Part shown: one piece after another, positions 1-11,855 of the stretch
Layout: each line of letters starts with the position of its first letter
How positions within the stretch are numbered: position 1 is the first letter of the stretch
NCBI GenBank assembly: GCA_963920595.1
Contig: OY986950.1
Coordinates: forward strand, 3,472,001 to 3,536,000
From: Eimeria praecox
Taxonomy: Eukaryota
Length of the DNA stretch: 64,000 bases
Reading direction: 5' to 3'
Notes under the pieces: generated by a model
The model's database searches: none
Told to the model about the DNA's origin: nothing
The model's input: the letters and a program-made list of their open reading frames with translations, nothing else
Program-made: the position numbers and the translations under genes

Positions 1-2760
1 GAATCCCGTTTCTTGCCTAAATTTCGTTCTTGTTAACCCCTAGATACCCATGCGGGTACAGTTCTCTTAGGCTTAGCAACGAAAGGCGGGTTGAGCGCTG
101 TAGCAGATGGTTGCTTGGTGCTTTTTGTGTCAGTGGCCTGGGGAGGGAGCATCGCGCAAACTGGCATGTCACTCGCTTGTGCTGCAACGAAGACGTGTTT
201 GCCAAAATTAGAGCTTGGGCATTCAAGCGGATAGTAGTTGTGTGGAGGGGCTAATAGTGGCTTCTTCTTCGTTTCATACCCCAAAATTGTTTCTCTTTGT
301 GGCGTTGGTCCGTCTTCGAAGGGGGGTAAATGCAAGCGAATCTAAGGATAAAGCTGCAGGAGAACGAGTCGAGACCAAGGAAATTCAGTTTGCCCGTGAG
401 AGTCTACAAGGGCGAACCCCAACTTCGCCGAATTTGGCTTGATTCCAGACGCAGAGGCACGAAATTCTAAGAAGCTACCTTTCTGCACGAAAGACGAACA
501 ATTGCCTTCGGCAGTCACTGCTACTCATGTAGCAGTGACACAGGACGCCGCGCAAGTACTCCTATACATGCCGGTTGACCGCATGCACGCCTTACATGTA
601 CACAACCACCCACCCCTCGTTTGTTGGGACCGAGATGTCGTCAATGGCCTGCCACTGCAGCTGTTTATAACTATTAACGGGCCTCAATCATATAGACGTG
701 TACAATAATTCGCGAGTGCGGATACGGGGCACAGTATGTACTGAGCAACGGAGGAACGGTTCAACGAAATCACATCAATAGTACAGTGTTGAACTTGCTG
801 GCGGCTAAGCACTTAGTCTGCCTGGAGTATCCGAAACATTTCTTTCAGCGTGATTTTGTTCAGGAGCTTGAAACCCTCTCACCTGCTCCTCCTTTTTTCT
901 TCTGCCTCGCGATCCCCAGATTGTGTCCAAGCGCGCCAATTGGCACCCAGGCTTTGCCTTTTCTTAGCAGCTCGCCTTCGTCCCCCCCAAATTCCTCGAC
1001 ACGATGAGTGGGCCCCCTGTGCCTAGGAACAAAGCTTGGAACTTTTATGGGAGCGAGCTCGATGCGTTCTGTCTGGTGTCCAGAGGCTAGGCTACCTATG
1101 AGCGTTTCTTCTGGACTACGTCTGGAAAGCTTTCCTTCAAATGTGCGCACTTCGGTTGTTCGTTAGGTATTGAATGGACCCAATCTCGCAAAGCTGCCCT
1201 CTTCATAAGGGCACCGCGAAGGGGAGCATTCGTTCCTCTTCCGTTACCTGAAGTGACTCTGCACTAGACAAGTGCCTCCTTGCTCCTGTCTGTTTGGGGC
1301 ATTGATTCCATTCCCGGTACCGTAGAAGATGTAAAGGCCTTTGCGAGCAATGCCTTTGTGAACAATGCGACGTGCACTGTCACACTGAATGCCGAAATAT
1401 GGGCCTCAATTGTGTCGTCTGGGGGCTGCATGCGGGCACTCCACTGGCTCATCCACGGGATGCGAACGATGATGCCATGGTGAAGCAATTCATGGCAATA
1501 CGATCCACTGCTGAACTGAGACCTCACTTTTCACCCTTAATTGCATCTATCCTCGTGCCCTGTTTGCCATCCGCGAAGCGGAGTTGCAGAGACTGCCATA
1601 CAGAATAGAATGGTAAGTTTCACCATTCTACTCTGTATGGCAGTCTCTGCCATACACAAGTGAATATGGTACCTGGTGTCACCTTGCCGTGACTCCAGGT
1701 ACCATATTCACTTGTGAACAGGTGTCAAGTAAAGCCAGCAGCCCTTAAACACTAATACGAACATGGATAAGAACAGATTCGACTCGAGAAGAATCTGCAG
1801 GTGCCGCTGTCATCTATTCCCGCTCCATTACTGCGCTTCATGCAGCTTCTGGGCCAAGGCCTTTCCCCGATCGTTTTGGACTTTTCCTTGGTGACACTGC
1901 TAGACGTCTTGCCTCTCCAGCCCTTTGCCCCTTTTCATGGGGCTACAACCTCGAATTATGTGGCTTCTGTGGCTAGAAAGGGAGCACATATGCCTATCCG
2001 TAATATCCTTTTGTCTTTCTGAGCGGCAGAGTCGTCGACCCAAGCCTGCCCTCGTTGCGTGTCTTTGACTGGGCTGTCTTGGTACCCACCCCGCAGTATC
2101 ACCCCAAAGCTGTATGCTGGAGCAGCTTCGAAGCCTGTTTTATTCCTTCTCAACTTGGGCGCAAGAAGGGACTTGCTTTCGATGCGTAAATATTCTACCC
2201 TGCAGGCGAGGTCCAGCCTTACAGCGGTTAGTCCCATCTTGTTAGCGCATGAATCTGTCTGGGGAACAGCCCGGCTTCCAATCATCGATTTAGAAACTCC
2301 GTATCCAACGTTTGACTTCTGTTTACTAAAACAAAATGTTACCAGTGCATCACTCTATCAGTGGATTTCCCTGCTTAACTTTGTTCAATTGTGCTACACC
2401 ATGTTCCCTTTCCCGCTTGAAAATAAACGTACATCGCAGCACATGTCGAGTTCGGATGCGCTTTTGAACAGCGAAGCCCTTACCTCGACATAGTCGTCAC
2501 TATCGTGCTTTTTCTTGAGCTAAATGGGATGCTAGTACCAAGAGTACGCATACGGGTGCACTATGAAGACGGGCGTACAACTACACAAAGAAGCAAGGTC
2601 CTCCTGCACTGCCATGCCATCGAGGCGCCCATCACTTCTGGGCGGTCGGAACGTGTGGAGGCATTCGTTATGAATTGTTTTACCACGAAGGCATTTTTAT
2701 ATGGATGAAATACAGATAATGAATTTTTAAGGATGCGCCGAGGTTCGCAGCAGTTGGCTG
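1..2760 (-). mobile_element. Highly degenerate Ty3/gypsy LTR-retrotransposon relic A (gag-protease-RT-RNase H), apparently a different family from elements B and C
   Basis: Hand translation of the minus strand gives motifs in the expected order, broken by stops and frameshifts. Gag-like: AYSWY and LRCTFIFKREREHGVAQLNKVKQGNPLIE (~2350-2560). Protease: ALLDTCSQVNMV...LQLRFADG (~1735-1570) and HGIIVRIPWMSQW. RT: RIELAP..PSFVPRHR..EEF..ELLRKGK..GHN, FKLLNKITLKEMF, and NEGWVVVYM*GV (decayed YMDD, ~600). RNase H-like text below ~330. No LTRs identified. Confidence 0.75.
1586..1716. repeat. Two adjacent long inverted repeats (29-bp and 28-bp stems, one mismatch each)
   Basis: 1586-1614 pairs with 1622-1650 (7-nt loop). 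1655-1682 pairs with 1689-1716 (6-nt loop). The two are separated by CATA. Confidence 0.97.
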
Positions 2761-4109
2761 CCCCGCTACCAGATGGCAGATCTTGACAAACCGCCATTTT
2801 GCGAAAGAATAAGAGGGATCTTTTCGACAAAGATCTTTTCGAGTGCCCGGCAAATGCTTTTGGAAAGCTTCTTCGCTCGTATTCAGTGCTGTCCACCAGG
2901 CACGCCAGCTGAGGGGGTGAGGTGCACTCCTCGTGCCTGTCCGGACTTGCGTTGAAGTACTATCCAGCGTAGTCGGGGCAGCTGGACTATGCAGAGGACC
3001 GTCCAACAAAGCCAAAGACTTAAGATAAGGATTCTCGCAAATCAGCTGACCCCCTTCTACACCCGAAGTGTCATGCACACGGCGGGCCAAGGGCCTTTGG
3101 CTGGTGCGGAGAGGAGGCGGTTTGCCATAAGCTGCAATGCACCTTTTTGCTACCAGTGCTGCAAGGCAAATCCGCATGCAATCGCAGCGAGTCCCCCATT
3201 TGATGCATCCGTTAACACTGTAAACTGTTGGAAAAGACTGTCTTAGCCTTCCGTAGCTGGCGTGCTCACGAGTTGAAACGTACATGCCAGCTCCACCTAG
3301 ACATTCACACAGACCTCGGTACACATTGAGAATGGAGGGGGATTCAACAGCTTTTTTGAAGGGAACTATCATGCACTGAGTATTTAGACTCTGTTAGGGC
3401 TCAAGACGGTGCTGGGATTTGGTCGAGGACCCTCTTTCCCAACTTTTCGCTTGACGAGTAGGACCGGGGTGCAATTGTTGTGTGTTGAGCTTCCTTGCCC
3501 TTACGTCGCTGATTGAGTGCTGGTGACCCACTAAGAGTATGTTTACAGAATAATATATGACAGGAATTGACTACTAAGCTACGGTAGAGTTGTGGATTCA
3601 GTGTAATTGCTGGGGTGTGAAGCAAACTTCCATGTTGGGGCGACACCCATCATCCTGCGGCGCCTGATCACGCATGAAATTCCTTCAAAATCCGTTGATC
3701 CGCATAAAATAATCCATATATTCAGTAAAAAATAAAAGGTAGGGTAGTTGGATAGGAAATGGTGTTATACTCTTCGCGCGTCATTTGTGTGGGAAAGCAA
3801 GCGAGGGGTTCTAGAGCAGCCACGGGGACTACTGGTCTTGCAGCTGCCTCGTGCGGCGTTCCCTCGTGCTAGCAGGCGAGTTGCACAGGCAGCTCTTCTT
3901 CTACTATTTATCACTTTCTATTGGGAGTTTTATATTTAGTTTCATAAAAGCCATTAACGTCCCTGTTTTGTCGGGGGGGGTCGCGTGTAGTGCCGGAAGT
4001 GCACCGTGCCCTGGCTGATGCAGTTTCTTCCCAGATACCCACAACCTCCCAACCTTCATCTTACTCGGCAGAACAGGTATTTTTGATATTGCTATACACT
4101 TCCTTTGAA

Positions 4110-7100
4110 ATGGAGTCTCTAGAAGCATTGGGGGCTTCGCCAGGGTTCCCTCTGGCGGTGTCTGAAGCTGAAGAGACAGGTAAAACTACAGCCGCTCCCA
4201 GGAAAGAGTGGGCCGACGCCCCCCTTCGTGTAGTGAAACGGCGCCGTGAAGACGCCCGAAAAACAACCATCATCAGCCTGGCGGGTCTCTTGTCGTTAAC
4301 TGCTGTTGTCTATTTGCTTCTCCGATGCGCCGAGCTTCTCTCCCCCCAGCATGAGTCTGCAACTGAATCTCTACGACTCCTTGCTTCTCGGGTCCTGCCA
4401 GCATATTCCCACACAGCAGCAGCAGCAGCAGACTCACCAAAGCAGCAGTTAGTTCAGCAAAGTAATTGTAGCATCTTAACTACTGGCCGCCGACGCCTCT
4501 GCAATGTTTCACATACATTGATAGCCACACACTCGTATACGCACCTTCTACAACAGCTGTTCATACATTTAAATAGTAAACTTACGGATATATGTCGATA
4601 TGTTGATGCGAATGTTTCCTGTGCAGAGAGGAGATGAGAAATGCAGCAAAAATTTTGGCAGCATACGTTCTTCTAGCTCTCTCGGGGCTCGTCTAGCCCA
4701 CCACCGTTCTTTTTCTACCCTCCTTCAACCCAGGGATCCTCCCATTCCTGATCAAGAATACCACCCCCCCTTCTATGACTTCCCAACCATTTTCAGCCCG
4801 GAGGTGAGCTGAACGCCTCCTGCATGCAGTAAAGACACAGCCCTAGTATGAGCTCCCCAGCTTCCCATAGCCTTTCTCTGACAGCCCTCAAGAGAAGAGG
4901 AGAGCTTCAGCGAGCTGCATGTGCGCCTTGTGCTATATTTGCTTCCTTGGGATGGATTGCAGGCACGAAGGGGTTTAAAGAAGTTCATGAAAGGCCTTGG
5001 CAGCCTACGCCACCCGCATCGCGGCAGAAAAAGCAGTACGATAGAGACACAAGACAGCTGTCTTTGAATTCCCTGCATGCAGACACTTGAAGGCTCAGAC
5101 TGCCCACAGTTTGCTGCAGCTGAAGGGTGCAGGGTTGCGCAAATTTGGAGGGTTTGTGCGTGTTTTGGGGCTGCATGCAGAGACTGTTCGCTTTTATATG
5201 GACGGCGTATCAGTTACGTTGGAGTTCTTTGAACAGGTGGGACAGCCTGAGACGGTCAAGTCTTTGTTTGCTTCTGTTGGGGGTGTTTGTAAACAAATGC
5301 TGTCTACACGATATCAACATAAGCACTTGTTGCTGTGTCTGTCTTGCTGCTGCAGCGATCGGGTCTTCACTTGCACGGTCCAAGCAAAACCGTGAGTTTC
5401 ACAGCTGTTAGCTTCTGGGATGCTCTCCTCTAGGCTTTGGATAGAGAGCCTGCTGTAGACAAAGGAGGAAGCATGCATCAGCCGCAGCAGCAGCCTCAGA
5501 GGTTTGGGTGTTGTGGCTGTTTGCTTCAGGCCCTTGAAGCCGTCGGCAAACACATGGAGACGGCCTTCTGGAGGAGTATGCATTCAGTTTGGTCTGACAT
5601 GCCGAGTACGTCACGTGCTTCTCCTGGTGTTGCTGAAGCTGCTTTCGTTGCTTGCCGCTGCTGCTGTAGCTGCTTTCGTTGTATGTCGCTGCTGCTGTTG
5701 CTGCTGCTGTGGGCAGAGCCCTCCACCTCCCGGGAAGAGTTTACCCTCCGCCAGAAAGGATGGGATGATTCATCTTCCGGCACAGTCATCTGTGTAACAT
5801 GTAAGTATTCTTTGAAATCCCTCTCGTGTGTGTTTGTTTTATTTGTTTTTTTCTTGTTTTTTCTTTTCTCAATGTTAACGAAAGAGCCACCTGCGAGTAA
5901 ACACCAATCTAAGTGCTACAGCTACATCCCAGGCTTTGCAGAATCATTATAGGAGTCTGTGAAGGTGTTGCGTGCTGCTGAGCAGGCAGCTGGAATGGTC
6001 ATTCCCTTACACCAGGATCGACTCCTCTTTCGCCTTTTGAAGAGGAAACCGAAGACAATGAAGAAAACGAAGGAGAAAGAAGAGTATTTACATTTCCAGA
6101 GACCACAGGAGATTCTGCACAGGCCAGCGGTGCAGCCCCCAATGATTCCTCCTCAGATGAAGAGAGGCAGGGGCTGCCGCCTCCGTTGCCTAAAGGCAGC
6201 CCAGTGGGCCCCCCCCTTGCAACAGATCATGTTTCAGATGGGGAGAAAGGCCAGAGCATGCAGAGAGCAGATTCTACAGACTCTACAGCCCCTACAGCCC
6301 CAGCCCCTGGAAGGCTTTCAGCACACGGAGAGGGGCAGCAGCAAGCTCGGGCCTCCTCATGGCAAACTGATATGCGCCGACGAGGCTTGGCTTTAGGTTC
6401 AAGTGAAGAAAGTTGGCTGGAAGTCATTGAAGAATCTGAATCTGATGAAGGCGAACACGCTGCAGCAGAAAATAAGCAGCAACAAACCGCCAAGCTTCGT
6501 CCTATGAAGAGTATGAGCTCATTGGATGACCCCAAAGCGGCTCCTGCAGCTGAGGAAAGTGAGTCTGTCGTGCCGCCCCATGGAAAGCATTCACATCGCA
6601 AATTAAAAAAAAAGTTGATGAAGCGGCCATTCAGTGCCTGGTTAAAGGGACGGCGCGCAAGTCTTACGTTCGATTTTCCTCGTATTGAGGACGGCCCTGT
6701 AAGTCTTTCGGGTTGTGTCGTTTTGTCGTTTATCAGTATCTTGTCTGTCAAACTTGAACAGGTCGAAAGCTGCAGCGCTGGCGCGTGTATACCTTTTCAG
6801 TCTATTGAACGACCTGTCTTTGACAGTGATGCGCTGCGCTCTCTTTGGGCTGTTCAACAGGCAAAAGAAGGGCTGCAAGCGATCCTGAAAGAAGCTCTCC
6901 AGTTGTGCTACCCTTCCAAGTCTTTGCGTTCTAGTGAGAAAGACCCCTTGTTTGGCTACACCGGAGTGTATCGGGAGATTTCATGCAGCTTCCAAGGTAT
7001 AAAAGAGCCCTTTGGGGTGTTGCCTGGTGTATGTGGCTTGCAGGAAGTGTAAATTTTAAAGTTGACGGCATAGAAGTGGAAGTTACTTTTAGGGAGCTTG

Positions 7101-7848
7101 TAAGACTCATACACACAGTGAAAGAGTCAAGGATTCACGAAGTCGTTTCTCCTTCAAAATAGGATTTGTCTTGCATCTGTGCTGTCTGTGTTTGCAGATA
7201 CAATATCGCTGGCCGCAATTTCGGGTAGGGCGAAGGAGTTTCAGTGTTAGCATACAACAGAAAAGTGCAAGGTGACGGCACTTAGGGGGGAGGGGGGGGG
7301 AACAGGATTGTGAAGGGCGTTGTACGTCAAGCTGCGGTGTGAGGGGTGTTGTGACATTCTGTTGCAGCTAGTGAACGAATGCGGGATCGAACTCGAGGCA
7401 GCGTTCATAGATGCCATTTTTCAAGTGGAAAACTACTTTCTAGGCAAGTCAAACACAGTTGCTGGAGCTGCTGATGTTTTTGCTGTTGAGGCACAGTCAG
7501 TGGTTCTGTAGTTTGCAAACAGCTGTGGCTCACTCTATTCCAGCAAAAGCCCGCCACAGTCGGCACTGCATTGGTATGATGAGGCTTTTTTCGTATCTTC
7601 GAATGCTTTACAGGCAGTTCAAGCGCCATGCGGACTTTCTCCATGAAGGAGACTGATGGGGATCGCATAGTGGGGCAGGTAGCTTTTGTCTTGACAGGTC
7701 AGTCTTAGCGTACAGGAGGCTTTCTGGTTGCTCATGCATTCGGGGGTTCGCTTCCTTTGCTTGCTTATTTGCTCCAGTTAACAGAACCATTCACACCAGC
7801 CCTCAACCACACCTACCGGAGAGCACTTGGCACGACAGCATTGAATAA

Positions 7849-7912
<64 letters not shown>

Positions 7913-8179
7913 GTATGAGGTTTCAGGTTTCAGGGCATTTGGATAGCTGGATGGTTCCTGTGTGGGGTGTATTTGTTTTCAGCGACTTATATGCAGCCGA
8001 TGCCCGTGGAAGCTGTGCAGGAACGAAGAGTCCTCAGACTATCAGCAGCTTCAGAACCAAATGTGTATAGGCCAAGCGGTGGTTCACTTATCCGTAGGCT
8101 ATATAAAGGAGGTCCAGGGGATGACAATGGCGGTGCTTCTTCATCGCCTGGCGAAGACAGTTCGGATGAGAACAGCTAA
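4110..8179 (+). CDS. Putative multi-exon hypothetical membrane/secreted protein; exon structure uncertain, possibly a pseudogene
   Basis: ATG at 4110 opens MESLEALG...RRR...IISLAGLLSLTAVVYLLLRC (one TM helix) followed by LRLLAS. Acidic/low-complexity coding-like blocks at ~5900-6700. Several plausible GT..AG introns. Last exon-like block ends SSDENS* at 8179. No known domain recognised. Confidence 0.45.
4821..4828. promoter_or_regulatory. TGCATGCA palindromic octamer (example copy)
   Basis: Also at 5074, 5172, 8349, 9508, 20054, 21692. Known over-represented apicomplexan motif and ApiAP2 target; function at these sites unknown. Confidence 0.4.
7852..7909. repeat. (TA)n microsatellite
   Basis: Direct reading. 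Confidence 0.95.
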
Positions 8180-9721
8180 AATAGCATAAATGAGTCCATC
8201 CGGGAATATGTTGTTTCAATGAATAAATCATTTCAATGGAGGTGAACGACGCCTTCGCTGCCTTCTCCGGCGCGTGCCCGCTCGTCTGTGTCTTCACTTG
8301 TGTCTTCACTTGTGTCTTCACTCTTAAGCAGCGCAGCCGCTAACGGCCTGCATGCATGCTCCCTGCGACACCACGTGCGTTCTTTTGGCTTGAGTTCCAT
8401 TCCTTTTTTATATAAATCTTCCATGAAAGAGTGTGGAGCCAAGTCATTCTCGATATGGGCACCGTGTCACGGGCCTCTTCCGACTGCTTGGCAAAACGAG
8501 CTCAGTGGCGATCTCCTGCTGTTTTGCTAAGCTTTTGTATTTGCTCTCTGGCGGTGCCTGCATGTCTTGATTGTGTGGGAGGCTGACTGGGCCGGTGAAT
8601 CAATTGTCCTTCAAGCTACTCCCCCTGTGCAGTTGTGGTTCGGAGATCGCACATATTCCTCTAATTTCATTCAAAGAGGCCGCCAGGAAGTCAAAATAGA
8701 CTTTGGCGGCACGATTAAGACCAGGCTGCTTTTATTTGCAACAACAGAGACCGAAAGGCATTTAATTTTACACTGTCGCTTTCAAACAGTATGCATCTAC
8801 TTATTGTATCTTTGTTGGGTGCTATGCTTGCAGCTTAGTACACAGCTTTGCAGCACGGGATAATAATGAGCACCCTTAGGCAGACAGGAACTAAATAGTG
8901 GCAGCTTTGGTCTGGATTAGGTGCTATGGCAGGTTCAGGAAGCATGCAAGCTACTTCAGATACACCTTAGCAGCACTGCATAATCATAAGCAGTCAGTCG
9001 TAGGCATGCACGTACGTCACCTTGCAGGCAGGTTTGCAGCATGGAGTAGTCAGAAGCAGTTCTATACAAACAAGAAACGAAGTAGTAGTTGCTGCTTTGG
9101 TCCTTGCTGCGAGCACTCTAAGGAAGCCAGGCTTCCCTGACGCCTGTAGCCGCTTTATAGAGGTGAGGAACGCAGTTGCAGTAGGCGTTGCCTTGGGCTT
9201 TCCGGTTATTTCACTGATATGTTTGTAAGTATTTTCTTCTCAACAGAAAAACCACAGGTTTAGGCTTCACTGACCCTCGCGAAGACGCCAAAGGCGCGAA
9301 CGTTGCCAATTGCGGCTGCATTTCAGATGCAGCGGAGCCTTTTTCCAGCCCCCTTGAAGAAGAATAGGGACGTTTGAGCCTGTTTGCTGTACATCAGCTC
9401 GGGGTCGTTATGTGGAAGCCTGTCCGTGCAAAGTAAGCATACAACTGAGGATGGCGCAAATGTTTCAGGTCCTTTGGCTTTTCTGGGGCTGTGAGAGGTG
9501 AAACAGCTGCATGCAGTCTTTTTCTCATTAATTGGAACTTGCTTTATAAAACGGAAAATGGCTTTGATAGCTTCCTTCCCTTCTTCACAGTACAGTGTTT
9601 TTGCGGGGCTGTAATCTGTTTTTGCTCGCGCGACCCCGTGAGCGCCCGTCACGGTAACCTATTATATACACACATGCCGTCTTGCTTGCCGGCAGGCTCA
9701 TTATAGAGGGAGAGGTGAGAG

Positions 9722-11430
9722 TGTTTAGGGCGTGCACTACACTCTACAGTGCTAGCGCATGCAGTTAATGAGCATTTGTTGTGTGCGCATGTGCAGCTGC
9801 GTTGCAGCACTAGCAGCACATGACGCATCGCAACCCATAACCCCCTCCGTCCCGTATTCCCGCCGGCCCACGCTCTTAGACTGCTATGGCCAGGATGGCT
9901 GTTGGCAGGAGGAAGAAAAACGAGCTGCTGAACCCTTTCAACAAGCCTTTGACGGTTTCGCGGCTCGAGACGCTCGTCCGCTAGAAGCGAGGACTCTCGT
10001 TGCATTTGGTATCACAGCATGGCTTGTGGGGGCAGGCTCGAGCAAACGCCCCTACCCCCGCAACAAGGCACCGTAGCGCGCAGCATCTGTGGGGATATGC
10101 ACCTCAGCAGGTGTATAGAAGACTGAATAGTAGTGGTATTTGAGAGCACTGTTCACTAGTGTTGGGGGCTGTTCCGGGTTTTCTTTGAATCTAGTGGGGG
10201 AGCACTTATCAAAACGTCTCTCAGTCAATGCAAAATTCAGATTAGTTCAGATCTGTGGGGGATGCTCCTAGCTAACGATGGGTCATAGACGCAACCGAAC
10301 AGACGCTATCTACAATCTCCCCACACCGATGAGCTCGTGCATACACCGCACACCGCGGCTCCGACGTGGTGAAGACCACTGGAGTGGATTAGCCGAAGGC
10401 GCTTGAGGAACCAGCGCCCGCTGCAGCACCCCTTTCTATTGGGTACAACTCTATTCCAATCGGTCCGTACCACGCAGTAGAACATCCCGCAACTATGATG
10501 GACCTTTTAAGGAAGATGCTAGAACAATCCACTGAGAGGGCGCTCAAGACTTTCCCGCGAACGTAGCCCGAAGAAAGGAGCTCAATGTACGGCTTCTTTT
10601 CTATGCACCGAGAAAGTTTCACCTAGATGGGAATGGAGCCGGCTCAGTGGAGCAGCAACCTCCTGGAAAACTTAGCAGGCCCAGCCATGTGCGGCTGGAC
10701 GCTTTTTCAGAAGATATTAGACTTGGGAAATTGGGAAGTGGCAGAGGGACAGCTACATGAAAGATTCTACAGAGAGCTGACCAGACGCCAGGCAATGGCG
10801 GCATTGGCCAAATTTGGGTGAACAAAGAATCACGGTGAGTGTGTGAAGTGGTTTATTGCCATAGTGGAGCGTGGAGTAGCGGCAATCGAAGCGGACTTGG
10901 CAGTTTTTTATTGGTCTGCGCTTCCTGAAGAAGTAGTTCTCGCTATTACACATAAGGGGCGGGCACAGCATCCATGGGAGAAGGCTACAAAACGTTTAGC
11001 CCACTAACTAGAGCCCATACTGGCTGGACTAGACTGTTGGGACAAAACGGCCCACATACTCAGAGCATTGAGGCCTGCGAGCAGGTGTATGGGGCCCCAT
11101 AGGGGGAAAACATGTAATAAGTGTGGGGGGTGTGGGAAACTACCCAGCACCTGATCGATGGATGATAGAAATAGAGGGGAAACCAAGATAGCAGCCAAGA
11201 TGCCCCACTGCAAGGAAGACTGGCGTGTAAACGAAACGGCCCAGACGTAGTGGGAGATGCTCGCTCTAGGCTGTGCAGCCATGATAAAGGATTGATGTGC
11301 TCAGTAGCGCCTGGACCAAACCCCACTCCAGCGTGGGAGAAGAAGCTGCTCCGTATGGGTAAGCGAGGTAACGCTGGGGATGGGGAAGCAAGTATTTGCC
11401 ACCAACCACCGGCTGAACAGTGTGACCCAG
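9722..11430 (+). mobile_element. Degenerate chromovirus-related element B, 5' part (putative LTR, PBS, gag, start of pol); host of the nested insertion
   Basis: ACTGTTCACTA at ~10148-10158 matches the U5 end of element C's LTR and is followed by a PBS-like sequence at 10163-10180. GMEPAQWSSNLLENL parallels C's SIPQEL*GDELGEYL. Decayed knuckle CNKCGGCG. GLMCSVAPGPNPTPAWEKKL parallels C's GVMCAVATEPNAIPVSPRWAEKL. The LTR start at ~9722 is tentative. Confidence 0.75.
10163..10180 (+). promoter_or_regulatory. Degenerate tRNA-Pro-type primer binding site of element B
   Basis: TGGGGGCTGTTCCGGGTT, 16/18 identical to the PBS of element C. Confidence 0.7.
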
Positions 11431-11838
11431 TGTAGTGAACAGTTGGCCAACACTGTTACTACGATAGATCCCTAGGCTAGACAGAGTAGGTGCACACGCT
11501 ACCATCTCGCTCTTAAACCTATGATTCTCGCTGAAACCGTTAATAAACACCGTTAACAACCAAATATATGATCGAGTTCCTATTATTGTTCCCCAAGGAA
11601 AAGCCAGAATAATAGAACTGATGATCGACCCTCGCTGAGGGCCCGGACCAGAGTCCCAGCAACAGCCTCACACCCGGCCCCAAGCTGGCGCTGGCTGGCG
11701 GGCACTCTGATCCTATTAAGCTGCCTTGCTATCTAAAGTGTCCTAATCTCGGAAATCTTCTTAAGTGTTCATTCCTTTTCATGATATCAGGCCTCTAGAG
11801 GCCACACCAGAGATCCATTGTAGTGCCTGTGCACTACA
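11431..11838 (-). repeat. 3' LTR of element C (408 bp)
   Basis: Direct repeat of 18252-18659. Four substitutions seen by eye (11689, 11704, 11785, 11828). Confidence 0.97.
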
Positions 11839-11840
11839 AC

Positions 11841-11855
11841 CTCCCCCCTCCCCTT
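11841..11855 (-). promoter_or_regulatory. Polypurine tract
   Basis: Minus strand AAGGGGAGGGGGGAG, 2 nt before the TG of the 3' LTR. Confidence 0.92.

Noticed and set aside
1586..1716. MITE, viral terminal hairpin or CRISPR-like repeat
   Set aside because: The arms are copies of the immediately flanking protease sequence. There are no shared repeats or spacers and no outer stem beyond 3 bp.
2680..3372. 230-aa minus-strand ORF
   Set aside because: No recognisable domain. It overlaps the 5' part of relic A and is likely a chance open frame.
8287..8322. 12-bp unit TGTGTCTTCACT x3
   Set aside because: Simple local tandem duplication with no supporting context.
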